64,000 nt of DNA, taken from NCBI GenBank assembly GCA_963767165.1, contig CAVYCV010000005.1, positions 196,767 to 260,766 of the forward strand, written 5' to 3'. The position numbers were made by a program, and so were the translations under genes. The stretch's first letter is position 1, and each line of letters starts with the position of its first letter. Under the pieces are notes generated by a model that searched no databases, was not told where the DNA came from, and saw only the letters and a list, made by a program, of their open reading frames with translations. Origin of the DNA: an uncultured Chloroflexia bacterium (GTDB lineage: Bacteria > Chloroflexota > Limnocylindria > Limnocylindrales > CSP1-4). This document shows positions 30,399-40,300 of this stretch, piece by piece.

Positions 30399-31031
30399 TC
30401 AGCCCTTGACGGCGACCAGGACGGCCCGCTCGCTGCCCGGTCCGAACGCCCCAAGGTCGTAGCCGCCGGCGAGCAGTTCGATCGTGAGGCCGGCCGCCTC
30501 GGCCCAGGCGCCGAGCTGGTCGGCGGAGAGCAGGCGCATGACGTCACGCCGGACCCAGCGCCGCGCCGGTTCGCCCTGGCGTGACGCCTCGAACAGCGTC
30601 GTGAGCGTGATCGTGCCGGTCGCCGCATCGTGCTGGGCGGAACCCGCCTTCGTGACCAGTTCACCGGTCTCCGGATCGGCGCGGGGCCACTCCAGGATCA
30701 CGCGGCCGTCGAAGCGGGCCAGGTCCTCCGCATCGGGCAGCCAGATGTCGACGACGGCGACACCGCCGGGCGCGAGGTGTTCGGCCAGGGTCGTGAGCGC
30801 GGCACGCTGCGCCGCCCGGTCTGCGAGCACGAGGATCGAGTTGAGCGCGATGAACGCGAGTCCGAATCGCCCGGCGTCGGGCAGCCGCAACCCGACGAGG
30901 TCAGCCTCGACGAGCGTCAGGTGCTCCGTGGCGACCGGCCCGGCCTGCAGGGCCCTCGCCTGGGCCCGCGCGAGCATCGCCGGGTCGAGGTCGACGGCCG
31001 TGACCCGGTTCCCGCCCGCCGCCAGCGGCAC
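30399..31031 (-). CDS. class I SAM-dependent methyltransferase; conserved motif I lies upstream of the first canonical start and may extend the gene to about 31204
   Basis: From the GTG at 31031 the ORF reads MPLAAGGNRVTAVDLDPAML (post-I region). The SAM-binding motif I (GGPILELAAGTGRLA) is encoded in-frame upstream. It has no ATG/GTG/TTG between it and the TGA shared with the agmatinase stop at about 31206. Confidence 0.55.
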   Translation of the reverse strand: MPLAAGGNRVTAVDLDPAMLARAQARALQAGPVATEHLTLVEADLVGLRLPDAGRFGLAFIALNSILVLADRAAQRAALTTLAEHLAPGGVAVVDIWLPDAEDLARFDGRVILEWPRADPETGELVTKAGSAQHDAATGTITLTTLFEASRQGEPARRWVRRDVMRLLSADQLGAWAEAAGLTIELLAGGYDLGAFGPGSERAVLVAVKG

Positions 31032-31205
31032 GGCCAGCCGACCGGTCCCGGCCGCGAGCTCGAGGATCGGCCCGCCCGTCCGCTCGGCCAGCGCGAGATA
31101 GAGGTCGAGGTCGCCCGGGTCGTCGACGAGGTCGAGGTCGTACAGGCGGGCCAGGTCGTCGGCGGCGGCCCGGTCGCGGACGTCGAGCGGGTCGCGATCG
31201 ATGGG

Positions 31206-32300
31206 TCAGCCCTCCCAGCGGACCCTGGCGCCCGCCTGGCGTTTGAGCGCGAGCGCGCTGATCGCCTCGAGCGCGGCCCGGTTCGCCGCCATCGCAGTGG
31301 TCTCGGCCTGGTCGTACGGCGGCGAGACCTCGACGATGTCCATGCCGGCAAGCTCGACCGCGCCCACGATCTGGCGGATCGCCCGCAGGACCTCGCGGGT
31401 CAACATGCCACCGGGCTCCGGCGTGCCGGTCCCGGGCGCCATGCCCGGGTCGATGACGTCGATGTCGAGCGAGAGGTAGATGGCGTCGGGGCCGTCGAGG
31501 GCCTCCGCGATCGCGTCGGCGATGACCGCCTCGGCGCCGCGCTCCTCGATCTCGCGCATGAAGTGCCAGCGCAGCCCGTGCTCGCGCATCCACTCGAAGG
31601 TCTCCTGAGGCGGCCAGTAGCCGCGCAACCCGACCTGGACGAAGTTGCGTCCGTCGATGGCCCCCGACTCGATGAGCCGGCGCATCGGCGTGCCGTGGCT
31701 GGCGAGGACCCCGAAGGTGTCGTTGGCGGTGTCGGCGTGCGCGTCGAAGTGGACGATGCCGACGCGCTGCGGGGCGCGCAGCTCGGCGATCGCGGTCGCC
31801 GCAGGCCAGGTGATGGAGTGGTCGCCGCCGAGGATGATCGGGATCGCCCCGCTGCCAGCCACGTCACGGACCTTGCGGTAGATCATCGCGTGCCCGCGCT
31901 CGATCCAGGAGGGCACGATGTTCGCGTCGCCGGCGTCCACGACCGTCAGCACCTCGAACGGGTCCACCTCGAGCTGCAGGGAGTGGATGCTGCCCGAGGC
32001 GTAGTTGGCCTCGCGGATGGCGCGCGGCCCGAAGCGGGTGCCGGATCGATGGCTGACGGCGTCGTCGAACGGCGCGCCGACGATCGCGACATCGACGCCC
32101 AGCCGGCGGAGCTCCGCGGGGTCGTCGACCCAGGGCAGCTTCGAGAACGAGACCGGCCCGACATACGTGGGCAGGTCGTAGTCCGAATAGGTCTCGAAAT
32201 CCTGGTCCCAGCCATTCCGGGACGCGTACCCCGACGCGGGGTCCTGATCGTGGGGGCGCTTGGCCACGTGGTCCTCCCGGAGAGCGGGCGCGGCGTGCAT
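31206..32300 (-). CDS. speB: agmatinase / ureohydrolase (arginase family)
   Basis: Mn-binding motifs GGDHSIT, DAHADT and SLDIDVIDP. Start chosen at the internal Met (MHAAPALRE...) because the longer ORF overlaps the upstream M20 gene. Confidence 0.75.
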   Translation of the reverse strand: MHAAPALREDHVAKRPHDQDPASGYASRNGWDQDFETYSDYDLPTYVGPVSFSKLPWVDDPAELRRLGVDVAIVGAPFDDAVSHRSGTRFGPRAIREANYASGSIHSLQLEVDPFEVLTVVDAGDANIVPSWIERGHAMIYRKVRDVAGSGAIPIILGGDHSITWPAATAIAELRAPQRVGIVHFDAHADTANDTFGVLASHGTPMRRLIESGAIDGRNFVQVGLRGYWPPQETFEWMREHGLRWHFMREIEERGAEAVIADAIAEALDGPDAIYLSLDIDVIDPGMAPGTGTPEPGGMLTREVLRAIRQIVGAVELAGMDIVEVSPPYDQAETTAMAANRAALEAISALALKRQAGARVRWEG

Positions 32301-32403
32301 CGCCGCGCGTGGATCCGTCTCGCTGGGGGCGCCGCCGGTTCGATCCCGTCGTCCAGCGGGGCGCGCCGCGGTCATCCTACCCCACGACCGACTTGCCGCC
32401 GCG

Positions 32404-33606
32404 TCACGTTTCCCGGAAGGCCCGCCAGGCTGCTTCCACGAGCGCCGGGTCGGCGAACAGCTCGTATGCGGTCTGGGCAACGAGCGTGGCGGCCAGCAGG
32501 GTCACCTCGTCCGCGCGGGGGGTCACCGCGGCGTCGCGGAACTCGACCGAGTGACCCGGCGTGCCCTCCGGGGCGATGGCCAGTTCGGGATGGATCGTGG
32601 GGCAGACCCAGCTGACGTTGCCCATGTCGGTGCTGCCGGCGTTCTCGTCGTCGCCCTGGTCCACGATCCCGTACGCGGCCATGTTGGCCCGGAAGCGCTC
32701 GGTCAGGACGGAGTTGTTGCGCATCGTCGTCGCCTTGCCCGAGAACGTCACGTCCACGGTCGTACCGGTCGCGAGGGCCGCGGCATCGCACAGCGACTGG
32801 AAGCGCGCCCGCATCGTCTCGTAGTACGCCTCGTCGTCCGAGCGGATCATGAACCAGGCGGACGTGCGGGCCGGGATGATGTTCGCCGCCGTGCCGCCCT
32901 CCCGGATGATCCCGTGGACGCGCGCCGTCTGTCGGAGCTGTTGTCGCCACAGGCCGACCGAGGCGAACAGCAGGATCATGGCGTCGAGCGCATTCGCGCC
33001 CTTCCACGGGTCGGACGATGCGTGGGCCTCGAGGCCGTGGAAGACCACGTCGATGTCCTCCGAGGCGAGCGGCCAGGCCTCGACGTGGCTGCGGTCACAG
33101 GGGTGATACATGAGGGCCGCGTCGAGACCGGCGAACAGGCCGTCCTCGATCATCTGGGCCTTCCCGCTGCCGCGCTCCTCGGCCGGCGTGCCGAGGAAGA
33201 CGATCTCGCCGGGCAGCTCGTCCGCGATCGACGCGAGGGCGATGGCCGTCCCGACGCCCGCGGCGGCCATCGTGTTGTGGCCGCAGCCGTGCCCGAGACC
33301 GGGCAGCGCGTCGTACTCGGCGAGGATCCCGATCCGGGGACCGTCGCCGCCGCGCCCGCCGCGACGGACCGCGCGGATGGCCGTCGCGAGGCTCCCTGCC
33401 GGATGCTCGACCTCATAGCCGTGCCGCGCGAGAGCCTCCGCCACCCACCCCGACGCGTGGTGCTCCTCGTAGGCCGGCTCAGGGTCGGCGTGGATGCGGT
33501 GCGAGAGCTCGAGGATCTCCGCGCGGGATCCCTCGACGGCGGCGGCCAGACGGGCCTTCACCTCGACATGGGGCTCGGCCGGGGGCGTGGCGGACAGCGA
33601 CGGCAA
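32404..33606 (-). CDS. M20D family amidohydrolase (aminoacylase/hippurate hydrolase-like)
   Basis: M20 metal ligands (GHGCGHN, ...EERGSGK...) and a dimerisation domain. 400 aa, intact. Confidence 0.8.
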   Translation of the reverse strand: MPSLSATPPAEPHVEVKARLAAAVEGSRAEILELSHRIHADPEPAYEEHHASGWVAEALARHGYEVEHPAGSLATAIRAVRRGGRGGDGPRIGILAEYDALPGLGHGCGHNTMAAAGVGTAIALASIADELPGEIVFLGTPAEERGSGKAQMIEDGLFAGLDAALMYHPCDRSHVEAWPLASEDIDVVFHGLEAHASSDPWKGANALDAMILLFASVGLWRQQLRQTARVHGIIREGGTAANIIPARTSAWFMIRSDDEAYYETMRARFQSLCDAAALATGTTVDVTFSGKATTMRNNSVLTERFRANMAAYGIVDQGDDENAGSTDMGNVSWVCPTIHPELAIAPEGTPGHSVEFRDAAVTPRADEVTLLAATLVAQTAYELFADPALVEAAWRAFRET

Positions 33607-33692
33607 CGGGCGCTCCAGGCTGCGGGGACGGTGGACGGCGCCAGCCTAGCGTCCGGCAGGTCGCGACGATGGGCCGGTTGCGGCGTGTGCCG

Positions 33693-34137
33693 TCAGCGCT
33701 CCGCCGAGAGGGTCGATTCCGCGACGAGCGCGAGGGCGATCATGAACAACGCGATCGGCCAGTCGAGCACGCCCTGCACGCGCAGCGCGACGAGCACCGT
33801 GACGATGACGCCCACCCAGGCCGCACGGCGGATCGCGCGGGTCCAGTCACCGCGAAAGGCGATCTGGCGGTGCCGGCCGAAGACCACCAGCCAGAAGATC
33901 GGCACGAGCGTGAGCGCGATCGCGAGGCCGATCAGGGCCGCCCCGATGAACCCCGCGCCCGGGTCGAGGACGGGGTCGCGCGTCGTCAGGACGAGGCCGA
34001 CCAGGAACCAGACCAACGTCGCCGCGCCGAAGAACCCGAGGTTGAGCCAGCGGTCGCGCGCCTCCATCACGAGCGAGTCTAGGGCCTCGGCCCGCGCGGT
34101 CGCCCAGGGGCGGAACACCCGGGTCAGCAAGTCCATG
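33693..34137 (-). CDS. hypothetical small integral membrane protein (3-4 TM)
   Basis: Hydrophobic segments LGFFGAATLVWFLVGLVL, FIGAALIGLAIALTLVPIFWLVVF and WVGVIVTVLVAL. No known domain. Confidence 0.4.
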
Positions 34138-34277
34138 GTCGATCGACGCTCCCATCCACGATGTCCGGCGGTGCGGGTCATCCCCGCCGCCGGGTCGGCG
34201 ACCATGCACCAGCGGGGACGTCCCGTCGAGTCGGGCAGATTCCCTATCAGCGGACGGGCCGCACGCCTGGCGCGGCG

Positions 34278-37200
34278 TCAGCGCGCGACGCTCGCCGGGC
34301 AGATGTCGCGGAACGCGCAGTAGGTGCATGCGAGGTACTCGGGCTTCGGGGTGTAGTCGCGCGCCCGCATCCCGGCCGCCGCCGTCGCGATCCGCTCGCG
34401 GGCCTTGGCGAGGCGCTTGGGATCCACCTCGACCCGACCGATCAGGCCGGAGCCGAGGAAATGGAGCTGAACGGCGTCCGGCAGTCGGCCGGTCATCGCC
34501 TCGTAGCCCATCGCGTAGATCTGGAGCTGCAACGAGTCGCGGGCCCGCTGGCGCGCCTTCGCCGGATCGCGGACGTCGGACGACTTGTAGTCGGTGATCG
34601 TCACCCGCTCGCGGCCCATCATGCCGAGGGTCGGCGAGACCACGTCCGCCGACGGCTCGATGCCTTCGGGCGGCCCGGCCGCCGGGACATTGCGGTCGTC
34701 GGCGATCGGCTCGACATCGACCCGATCCCATCGCCCTCGGACCCGGTCGCCACCGAGCGTGAAGCTGAATTCGCGCTCGACATAGGTCGGGATGACCGAA
34801 TCGGGCTGCAGCTGGGCCTCTCGGAAGCGGCGCAGGGCGAGGCGCCCGGACTCCAGGCGCGCCTCCTCGTGCTCGCGGCTCATGAAGCCCTCGTTCGACC
34901 AGGCCGATTCGAACGCCTCGTCGAGCTCGGTCTCGGACATCACGTGGCCGCGCGCGTGCCGGTGGTGGAACATCTGGACGGCCTTGTGGAGGGCCGCGCC
35001 GTAGACGATCGCGTGATGCGGGGCGAGCGGCACCCGCAGCACATGGGCGTACTTGAACTTCAGCGGGCACGTGAGGTAGTCGTCGACCTGGTAGAAGCTG
35101 AGCGAGAGCGGTTCGTCGCTCGGCCCGCGCACGACCTCGGGCCGGGCCGCCGCGGCCTCGAACGCCGCCAGCCGCTCCGCCGGCGTCGGGGCCGCGGCGC
35201 CGGCGCCGGGCACGCCCGACGTCGATGGCAGGTCCAGGGCCTCGAGGACGAACGGGGAGACGCGCCGCGCCCGGGCCCCGCCGTAGTCGGCCGCGTGCGA
35301 GAGGATGAGCTCGTCCCGGGCCCGGGTCATGGCCACGTAGCAGAGCCGCCGCTCCTCGGCGAGCGCCAGGTCCGGCGTCGGCGGCACGCCCCGACCGAGA
35401 CCGGCCGGCAGGGCCAGCGCCTCGCCCCGCCCGCTCGAGGGGAAGCGTCCCGCGACGAGCCCGGGCAGGAAGACCACCGGGAATTCAAGACCCTTGGCCT
35501 TGTGGACCGTGAGGACGGCGACCGCATCGGCGTCGGGGTCGAGCTCGGCGGTCGCCGGATCGTCGCCGGCGTCGATCAGGGTCTGGAGGTGGGGCGCGAT
35601 GAAGATCGCGCGGTCGTCGACCAGGAGCGCCGACTGGCCGCGGACGATCTCGAAGAACCGCGCGATGTTGGCGAGCGATTCCTCGGCAACCACGGTGTCG
35701 GTGGCGGCCAGCCGGGCCAGCAGGCCGCTCGACCGCAGGAACCCGTACAGCAACTCACCGGCCGGCCGCTCGTGCGCGATCTCGCCATAGCGACGGAGGT
35801 CCGCGACCAGCTTGGCGACCGTGGCGCGCGTCTCCGGTCCGACCCGCAGGATCCCGGGCTGGCGTTCGAGTTCCTCGAGGATCTCGCGGACGGACCGATT
35901 CCGCCGGCGGGCCATGTTGACGATGGCGGTCAGGTCGTCGCCGCCGAGTCCGTAGACCTCCGACGTGGCGAGGGCATACAGGTCCACGCTGGAATCCGGC
36001 TCCGCCACGACGCGCAGGAACGCGAGGAGGAGGCGAACCTCCGGCCGGGCGTAGAGACCGGACGTGCCCGAGAACCGCCACGGGATGCCCGCGACGTTGA
36101 GCGCCCGCAGGAACGGGTCTGCGTGGCCGTTCGCGCGGACCAGGATCGCGTGGTCCCGCGGCGACACGCCCGCGGCGATGCGACGCCCGATCTCGGCGAC
36201 GATCCAGTCGGCCTCGTCCGACGCCGTCGCGAACGCTTCCACCCGGACGGGCGTCGCGTGCGGGTCCGATCGCTCGGCGCGGAGTCGCTTGCTGACCCCG
36301 GCCCGCACCTCGAGCCGCTCCGGATCGTTGAACCGGACGAGGCGGTAGGCGGCGTCGAGGATCGGCGCCTTCGAGCGGTAGTTCCGGCGCAGGACCACGG
36401 TCCGGGCGGAGCGGTAGCGGTCGCGGAAGCCGAGGATGTTGTCGATCGCGGCGCCCCGGAAGGCGTAGATCGCCTGGTCGTCGTCGCCGACCACGGTGAT
36501 GTTCCGATGCGGCTCGGCGAGGAGGCCGACCAGCTCGGCCTGGGCCCGGTTCGTGTCCTGGAACTCGTCGACGAGGACATACCGGAACCGCCCCGCGATC
36601 TCGGCACGCGCCGCGGCCGACTCGCGCACGAGCCGCAGCGCCAACGCCACTTGATCGCCGAAGTCGATGCAGCCGTTGGCCGCGAGGAGGTCCTGATAGG
36701 TCGCGTAGGCCCGCGCGAGCTCGTCCTGGCGCCGGCCATCCTCGAGCCCCGCGGCGGCCGCGTCGCGGTCCACCTCGGACGCCGCGTCGCCTGCCGCGGC
36801 CGCGAGGCTCGCGGCCTCCGCCGAGACACGGCCGGCGAACTCCCGGTACGTGGCCGGGCTGATGTCCTCGTCCTTGCATCGGCTGAACAGGGTCGCGAGC
36901 GCGGCGAGGAAGCGGGTCGGGTCGCCGAGCGGCCGGTAGACGTCGAGATCGAACTCGAAGAGATGCTCGCGCAGGAAGATCACGACCTCCGGCCGGGTCA
37001 GGACGCGGAGGTCCGTCGGCAGCCCGAGCTCGAGGGCGTACTGGCGGATCAGGCCATCGCCGAAGGCGTGGAACGTCGAGATCGCGGTATCGGTATAGCC
37101 ATACGGGACGAGCTGGTCGACGCGGACCGCCATCTCCTCGGCGGCCTTGTCGGTGAAGGTCAGGGCCAGGACCTCCGACGGCCGGGCCCGTCGCGTCGCG

Positions 37201-37526
37201 ACGAGCCAGGCGATCCGGCGCGTGATGACCTCGGTCTTGCCGGTCCCCGCGCCCGCCACGACCAGCAGCGGGCCGTCATCGTGGGTCACCGCGCGGAGCT
37301 GGTCCGGATTCAGGCCGGCGAGCAGGGCGGCCAGGCCGGACCCCGGCTCGGGAACGAGGTCAGGGTCCATGACCGGGACGAGGTCATGCCAGGCCGGCAG
37401 CTGGTCGAGCGATGCGGGCTCGCGCCGGGTGCGGAGTCGCGGTCGGGTCACCGATGACTCGGCGGCGGGTTCGTCGCGGGCAGGAGGAGCGTCGGGGCCG
37501 GGGGCGCCGGTCGTCGTGGGGGCCAT
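34278..37526 (-). CDS. UvrD/REP-type SF1 helicase fused to a C-terminal PD-(D/E)XK nuclease with Cas4/AddB-like Fe-S cysteines (AdnB/AddA-like helicase-nuclease)
   Basis: 1083 aa with Walker A AGAGTGKT, UvrD motifs Ia-VI, a nuclease region DYK...QLQIYAMGY, and Cys pattern C...C-x2-C-x5-C (TCPLKF...LACTYCAFRDICP). Start taken at MAPTTTG; the ORF extends upstream to 37904. Confidence 0.8.
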   Translation of the reverse strand: MAPTTTGAPGPDAPPARDEPAAESSVTRPRLRTRREPASLDQLPAWHDLVPVMDPDLVPEPGSGLAALLAGLNPDQLRAVTHDDGPLLVVAGAGTGKTEVITRRIAWLVATRRARPSEVLALTFTDKAAEEMAVRVDQLVPYGYTDTAISTFHAFGDGLIRQYALELGLPTDLRVLTRPEVVIFLREHLFEFDLDVYRPLGDPTRFLAALATLFSRCKDEDISPATYREFAGRVSAEAASLAAAAGDAASEVDRDAAAAGLEDGRRQDELARAYATYQDLLAANGCIDFGDQVALALRLVRESAAARAEIAGRFRYVLVDEFQDTNRAQAELVGLLAEPHRNITVVGDDDQAIYAFRGAAIDNILGFRDRYRSARTVVLRRNYRSKAPILDAAYRLVRFNDPERLEVRAGVSKRLRAERSDPHATPVRVEAFATASDEADWIVAEIGRRIAAGVSPRDHAILVRANGHADPFLRALNVAGIPWRFSGTSGLYARPEVRLLLAFLRVVAEPDSSVDLYALATSEVYGLGGDDLTAIVNMARRRNRSVREILEELERQPGILRVGPETRATVAKLVADLRRYGEIAHERPAGELLYGFLRSSGLLARLAATDTVVAEESLANIARFFEIVRGQSALLVDDRAIFIAPHLQTLIDAGDDPATAELDPDADAVAVLTVHKAKGLEFPVVFLPGLVAGRFPSSGRGEALALPAGLGRGVPPTPDLALAEERRLCYVAMTRARDELILSHAADYGGARARRVSPFVLEALDLPSTSGVPGAGAAAPTPAERLAAFEAAAARPEVVRGPSDEPLSLSFYQVDDYLTCPLKFKYAHVLRVPLAPHHAIVYGAALHKAVQMFHHRHARGHVMSETELDEAFESAWSNEGFMSREHEEARLESGRLALRRFREAQLQPDSVIPTYVEREFSFTLGGDRVRGRWDRVDVEPIADDRNVPAAGPPEGIEPSADVVSPTLGMMGRERVTITDYKSSDVRDPAKARQRARDSLQLQIYAMGYEAMTGRLPDAVQLHFLGSGLIGRVEVDPKRLAKARERIATAAAGMRARDYTPKPEYLACTYCAFRDICPASVAR

Positions 37527-37563
37527 GCCCGGACCATCGCCGACCGCCGTGTCACCTAGCCTG

Positions 37564-38037
37564 TCAGACCATCGCCTGCTTGATCGCCGCGGCCTCCTCC
37601 TCGGACAGGCCGGTGTCCGATCGGCCCGCGACGATGGCCTTGGCGTAGACGCGGGTGCCCGAACGGGCATGGAGGCTGGACAGGACCCAGCCGTCGCCGT
37701 CGGCGTCGAGGAGGGCGAGCGCGAAGCTCTGGTTGCCGCCGGTCTCCTCGAACGGGTTGTACCGGACCAGGCCGGTCCGCTGGAAGGCACGGGGCTGGCG
37801 GGACTCGAGGATCTTGGTCCGGCCCCCGATGTCGTCGACCTTGCGGGCGACCTCGACGACCTTGTCAAGGTGCGCCTCGAGCACCGCCTCCAGGCTCTGT
37901 CCATCCGAATCGCGCGTCAGGCCGACGAGGCGCGCCTCGAGCCGCCGCGAGCGTCTTGCAAGCACGACCAGCACCAGGACGACGAAGAACAGGGCGACCA
38001 CGAGCCCGACGACGATGGCACCGATCGCAGGCGTCAC
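37564..38037 (-). CDS. DUF4446-like membrane protein
   Basis: GTG start. One TM (AIGAIVVGLVVALFFVVLVLVVL), then the conserved soluble region ...RTGLVRYNPFEETGGNQSFALALLDADGDGWVLSSLHARSGTRVYAK. Confidence 0.5.
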   Translation of the reverse strand: MTPAIGAIVVGLVVALFFVVLVLVVLARRSRRLEARLVGLTRDSDGQSLEAVLEAHLDKVVEVARKVDDIGGRTKILESRQPRAFQRTGLVRYNPFEETGGNQSFALALLDADGDGWVLSSLHARSGTRVYAKAIVAGRSDTGLSEEEAAAIKQAMV

Positions 38038-38214
38038 GAGCGCGTTGAGGTCGATCGTCCGGTCCTCCCGATGGGGTCCCGAGTCTAGCAGGGGCCTGAG
38101 GGCGAGACCGGTTGACGGCCGTCGTGATGCTATCCTCTCCGCTCGGCGGGACCCGGATCCCTGCGCCGCCAGGCGGCCCGCCCATCCGACATCGCTGGAG
38201 GACCGTCCCGCACC

Positions 38215-38622
38215 ATGGCCAAACGCGCCCGAGGCAGCACCCGACCCGGTCAGCGCCGGCCGATCCAGCGCACGGCCGCCCGCTCGGCTGCGCCCGCGCC
38301 GGTCGCGCCGACGACCCCGCGGTCGACGAGCCTCACGCCCGAGGAGGAGGCCCGCGCTGCCGAGCTTGAGGCGAAGATCGTGGCCGACGAGCGCGCAGCC
38401 GAGGATGCCCGCAAGCGGACGACCGACCGTCGGCGAGGCAGTGCGGCTCCCGACCTTGCGCCCGGCCCCCGGGCCGGGTCGAGCCTGGCCGTTCGCGCTT
38501 CTGAGGAGTACGCCTACGTCGGTCGCGACGTCCGTCGCATCACGCTGATCGGCGGCACGCTGATCATCATCATGCTGGTGCTCTGGGCGCTCACGCACCT
38601 GACGGGCAACGCGGCCATCTGA
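38215..38622 (+). CDS. hypothetical C-terminally membrane-anchored protein with basic N-terminus and acidic coiled coil
   Basis: MAKRARGSTRPGQRRP...EEEARAAELEAKIVADERAAEDARKR...ITLIGGTLIIIMLVLWALTHL. No recognised domain. Confidence 0.4.
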   Translation: MAKRARGSTRPGQRRPIQRTAARSAAPAPVAPTTPRSTSLTPEEEARAAELEAKIVADERAAEDARKRTTDRRRGSAAPDLAPGPRAGSSLAVRASEEYAYVGRDVRRITLIGGTLIIIMLVLWALTHLTGNAAI

Positions 38623-38660
38623 CCCGCGGGCCCGCCGGCCCGCCGCGCTACCATCGGGCC

Positions 38661-40154
38661 ATGCCCGCCGCCCGTCGTCCGACCGGCGCCAAGCCAGAGG
38701 CGCTCTTCCACCCCCCGCCCGAGCGTCAGCCGCTCGCCGCCCGCATGCGCCCGCGCGACCTCGAGGAGTTCGTCGGCCAGACCCACCTCGTCGGCGAGCG
38801 TGGGCCGCTCCGGCGCAGCGTGGCCCGCGGCCACCTCTCCTCGATCCTGCTGTGGGGACCGCCGGGGACGGGCAAGACCAGCCTGGCGCGGTTGCTCGCG
38901 GATGCGATCGGCGCCCACTTCATCTCGCTCTCCGCGGTCATGTCCGGCGTGGTCGAGGTCCGGGCGACGATCGCCGAGGCGCAGGACCGGCTGGCCTTGC
39001 ACGGCACGCGCACGGTCCTCTTCCTCGACGAGATCCATCGATTCAACAAGGCCCAGCAGGACGCGCTCCTGCCGCACGTCGAGGACGGCACCATCACCCT
39101 GATCGGCGCCACGACCGAGAACCCCTACTTCGAGGTGAACGCCGCGCTCCTGTCGCGGATGCGCGTCTGGCGGCTCGAGGCGCTGACCGACGACGAGGTC
39201 GCGACCGTCGTTCGCCGCGCGCTCGTCGACGCGGACCGTGGCCTGGCCGGTTCGCTCGGTCCCGATGGCGGGGTGGCCCTCGCCGATGACGCCTTCGAGC
39301 ACCTCGTTTCGTTCGCGGGCGGCGACGCCCGCGCCGCGCTGAACGTCCTCGAGGGTGCCGCCGCCCTCGCGGCGGACGAGGGCGTCCGCGACAAGGCCGG
39401 CCACGTGACACCACGTCTCGAGGACATCGAGACGGCCGCCCAGCAGCGCGTCCTCGCCTACGACCGGGCCGGCGACGGCCACTACGACACGGTCTCGGCG
39501 TTCATCAAGAGCCTCCGCGGCAACGACCCGGACGCCGCGTTGTACTGGCTCGCGGCGATGGTCGCGGCCGGCGAGGACCCGCGGTTCATCGCGCGACGCC
39601 TGATCATCAGCGCGTCCGAGGATGTCGGGAACGCGGATCCGCGTGCCCTGCAGGTCGCCGTCGCGGCCTCCGCCGCGCTCGACTGGATCGGGCTGCCCGA
39701 GGCCCAGTACGCGCTCGCCCACGCGACGACCTACATCGCCACGGCACCGAAGTCGGACTCCATCGGTCGGGCGTATGGCGCGGCGATGGCCGACGTGCTC
39801 AAGCTCGGATCGCTCAACGTCCCGATGCACCTGCGGACTGCGGGCGATCGTCGGATGAAGGCCCACGGCATCGGGGTCGGCTACAAGTTCCCGCACGACT
39901 TCGAGGGGGACGACGTTGGGCAGCAATACCTGCCAGACGAGTTGGTCGATCGGCGCTACTACGTCCCAGGCGACCAGGGCTACGAGACCACCATCGCCAC
40001 CCGGATGGAGGGTCGCACGCAGGCACGCGCGCAGGGTGCGCGACGGAAGAAGCGGACGGATGTGCCGATGGCCGGGATGAGCGACGCGATGAAGCCCAAT
40101 ATGGAGAACCGGAAGCGGATCGCCGAGACAGAGAAGAAGGACGCCGCCGACTGA
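38661..40154 (+). CDS. rarA: replication-associated recombination protein A (AAA+ ATPase RarA/MgsA)
   Basis: Walker [12 protein letters not shown], Walker B LFLDEIHRFNK, sensor and arginine-finger regions, a MgsA C-terminal domain, and a Lys/Arg-rich tail. Confidence 0.9.
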   Translation: MPAARRPTGAKPEALFHPPPERQPLAARMRPRDLEEFVGQTHLVGERGPLRRSVARGHLSSILLWGPPGTGKTSLARLLADAIGAHFISLSAVMSGVVEVRATIAEAQDRLALHGTRTVLFLDEIHRFNKAQQDALLPHVEDGTITLIGATTENPYFEVNAALLSRMRVWRLEALTDDEVATVVRRALVDADRGLAGSLGPDGGVALADDAFEHLVSFAGGDARAALNVLEGAAALAADEGVRDKAGHVTPRLEDIETAAQQRVLAYDRAGDGHYDTVSAFIKSLRGNDPDAALYWLAAMVAAGEDPRFIARRLIISASEDVGNADPRALQVAVAASAALDWIGLPEAQYALAHATTYIATAPKSDSIGRAYGAAMADVLKLGSLNVPMHLRTAGDRRMKAHGIGVGYKFPHDFEGDDVGQQYLPDELVDRRYYVPGDQGYETTIATRMEGRTQARAQGARRKKRTDVPMAGMSDAMKPNMENRKRIAETEKKDAAD

Positions 40155-40300
40155 GGCGACTCGATCTGAGGCGGCCGGCGCGGGACCATGTCACAGCCTG
40201 ATGCCCTGCCGCCCGCGCCCGTATCATCCGCGGGTCAGGATGACGCTGCACCGCCGTGTCAGACGACGGACCGCCACGATCGGCCGCATTTCCCCGAGGC

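Noticed and set aside
28295-30664. 789-aa ORF suggesting a murI / CpaE-like / upstream fusion
   Set aside because: Composite of murI (28295..29158), out-of-frame read-through, and the REC domain of the CpaE-like gene. Not a single protein.
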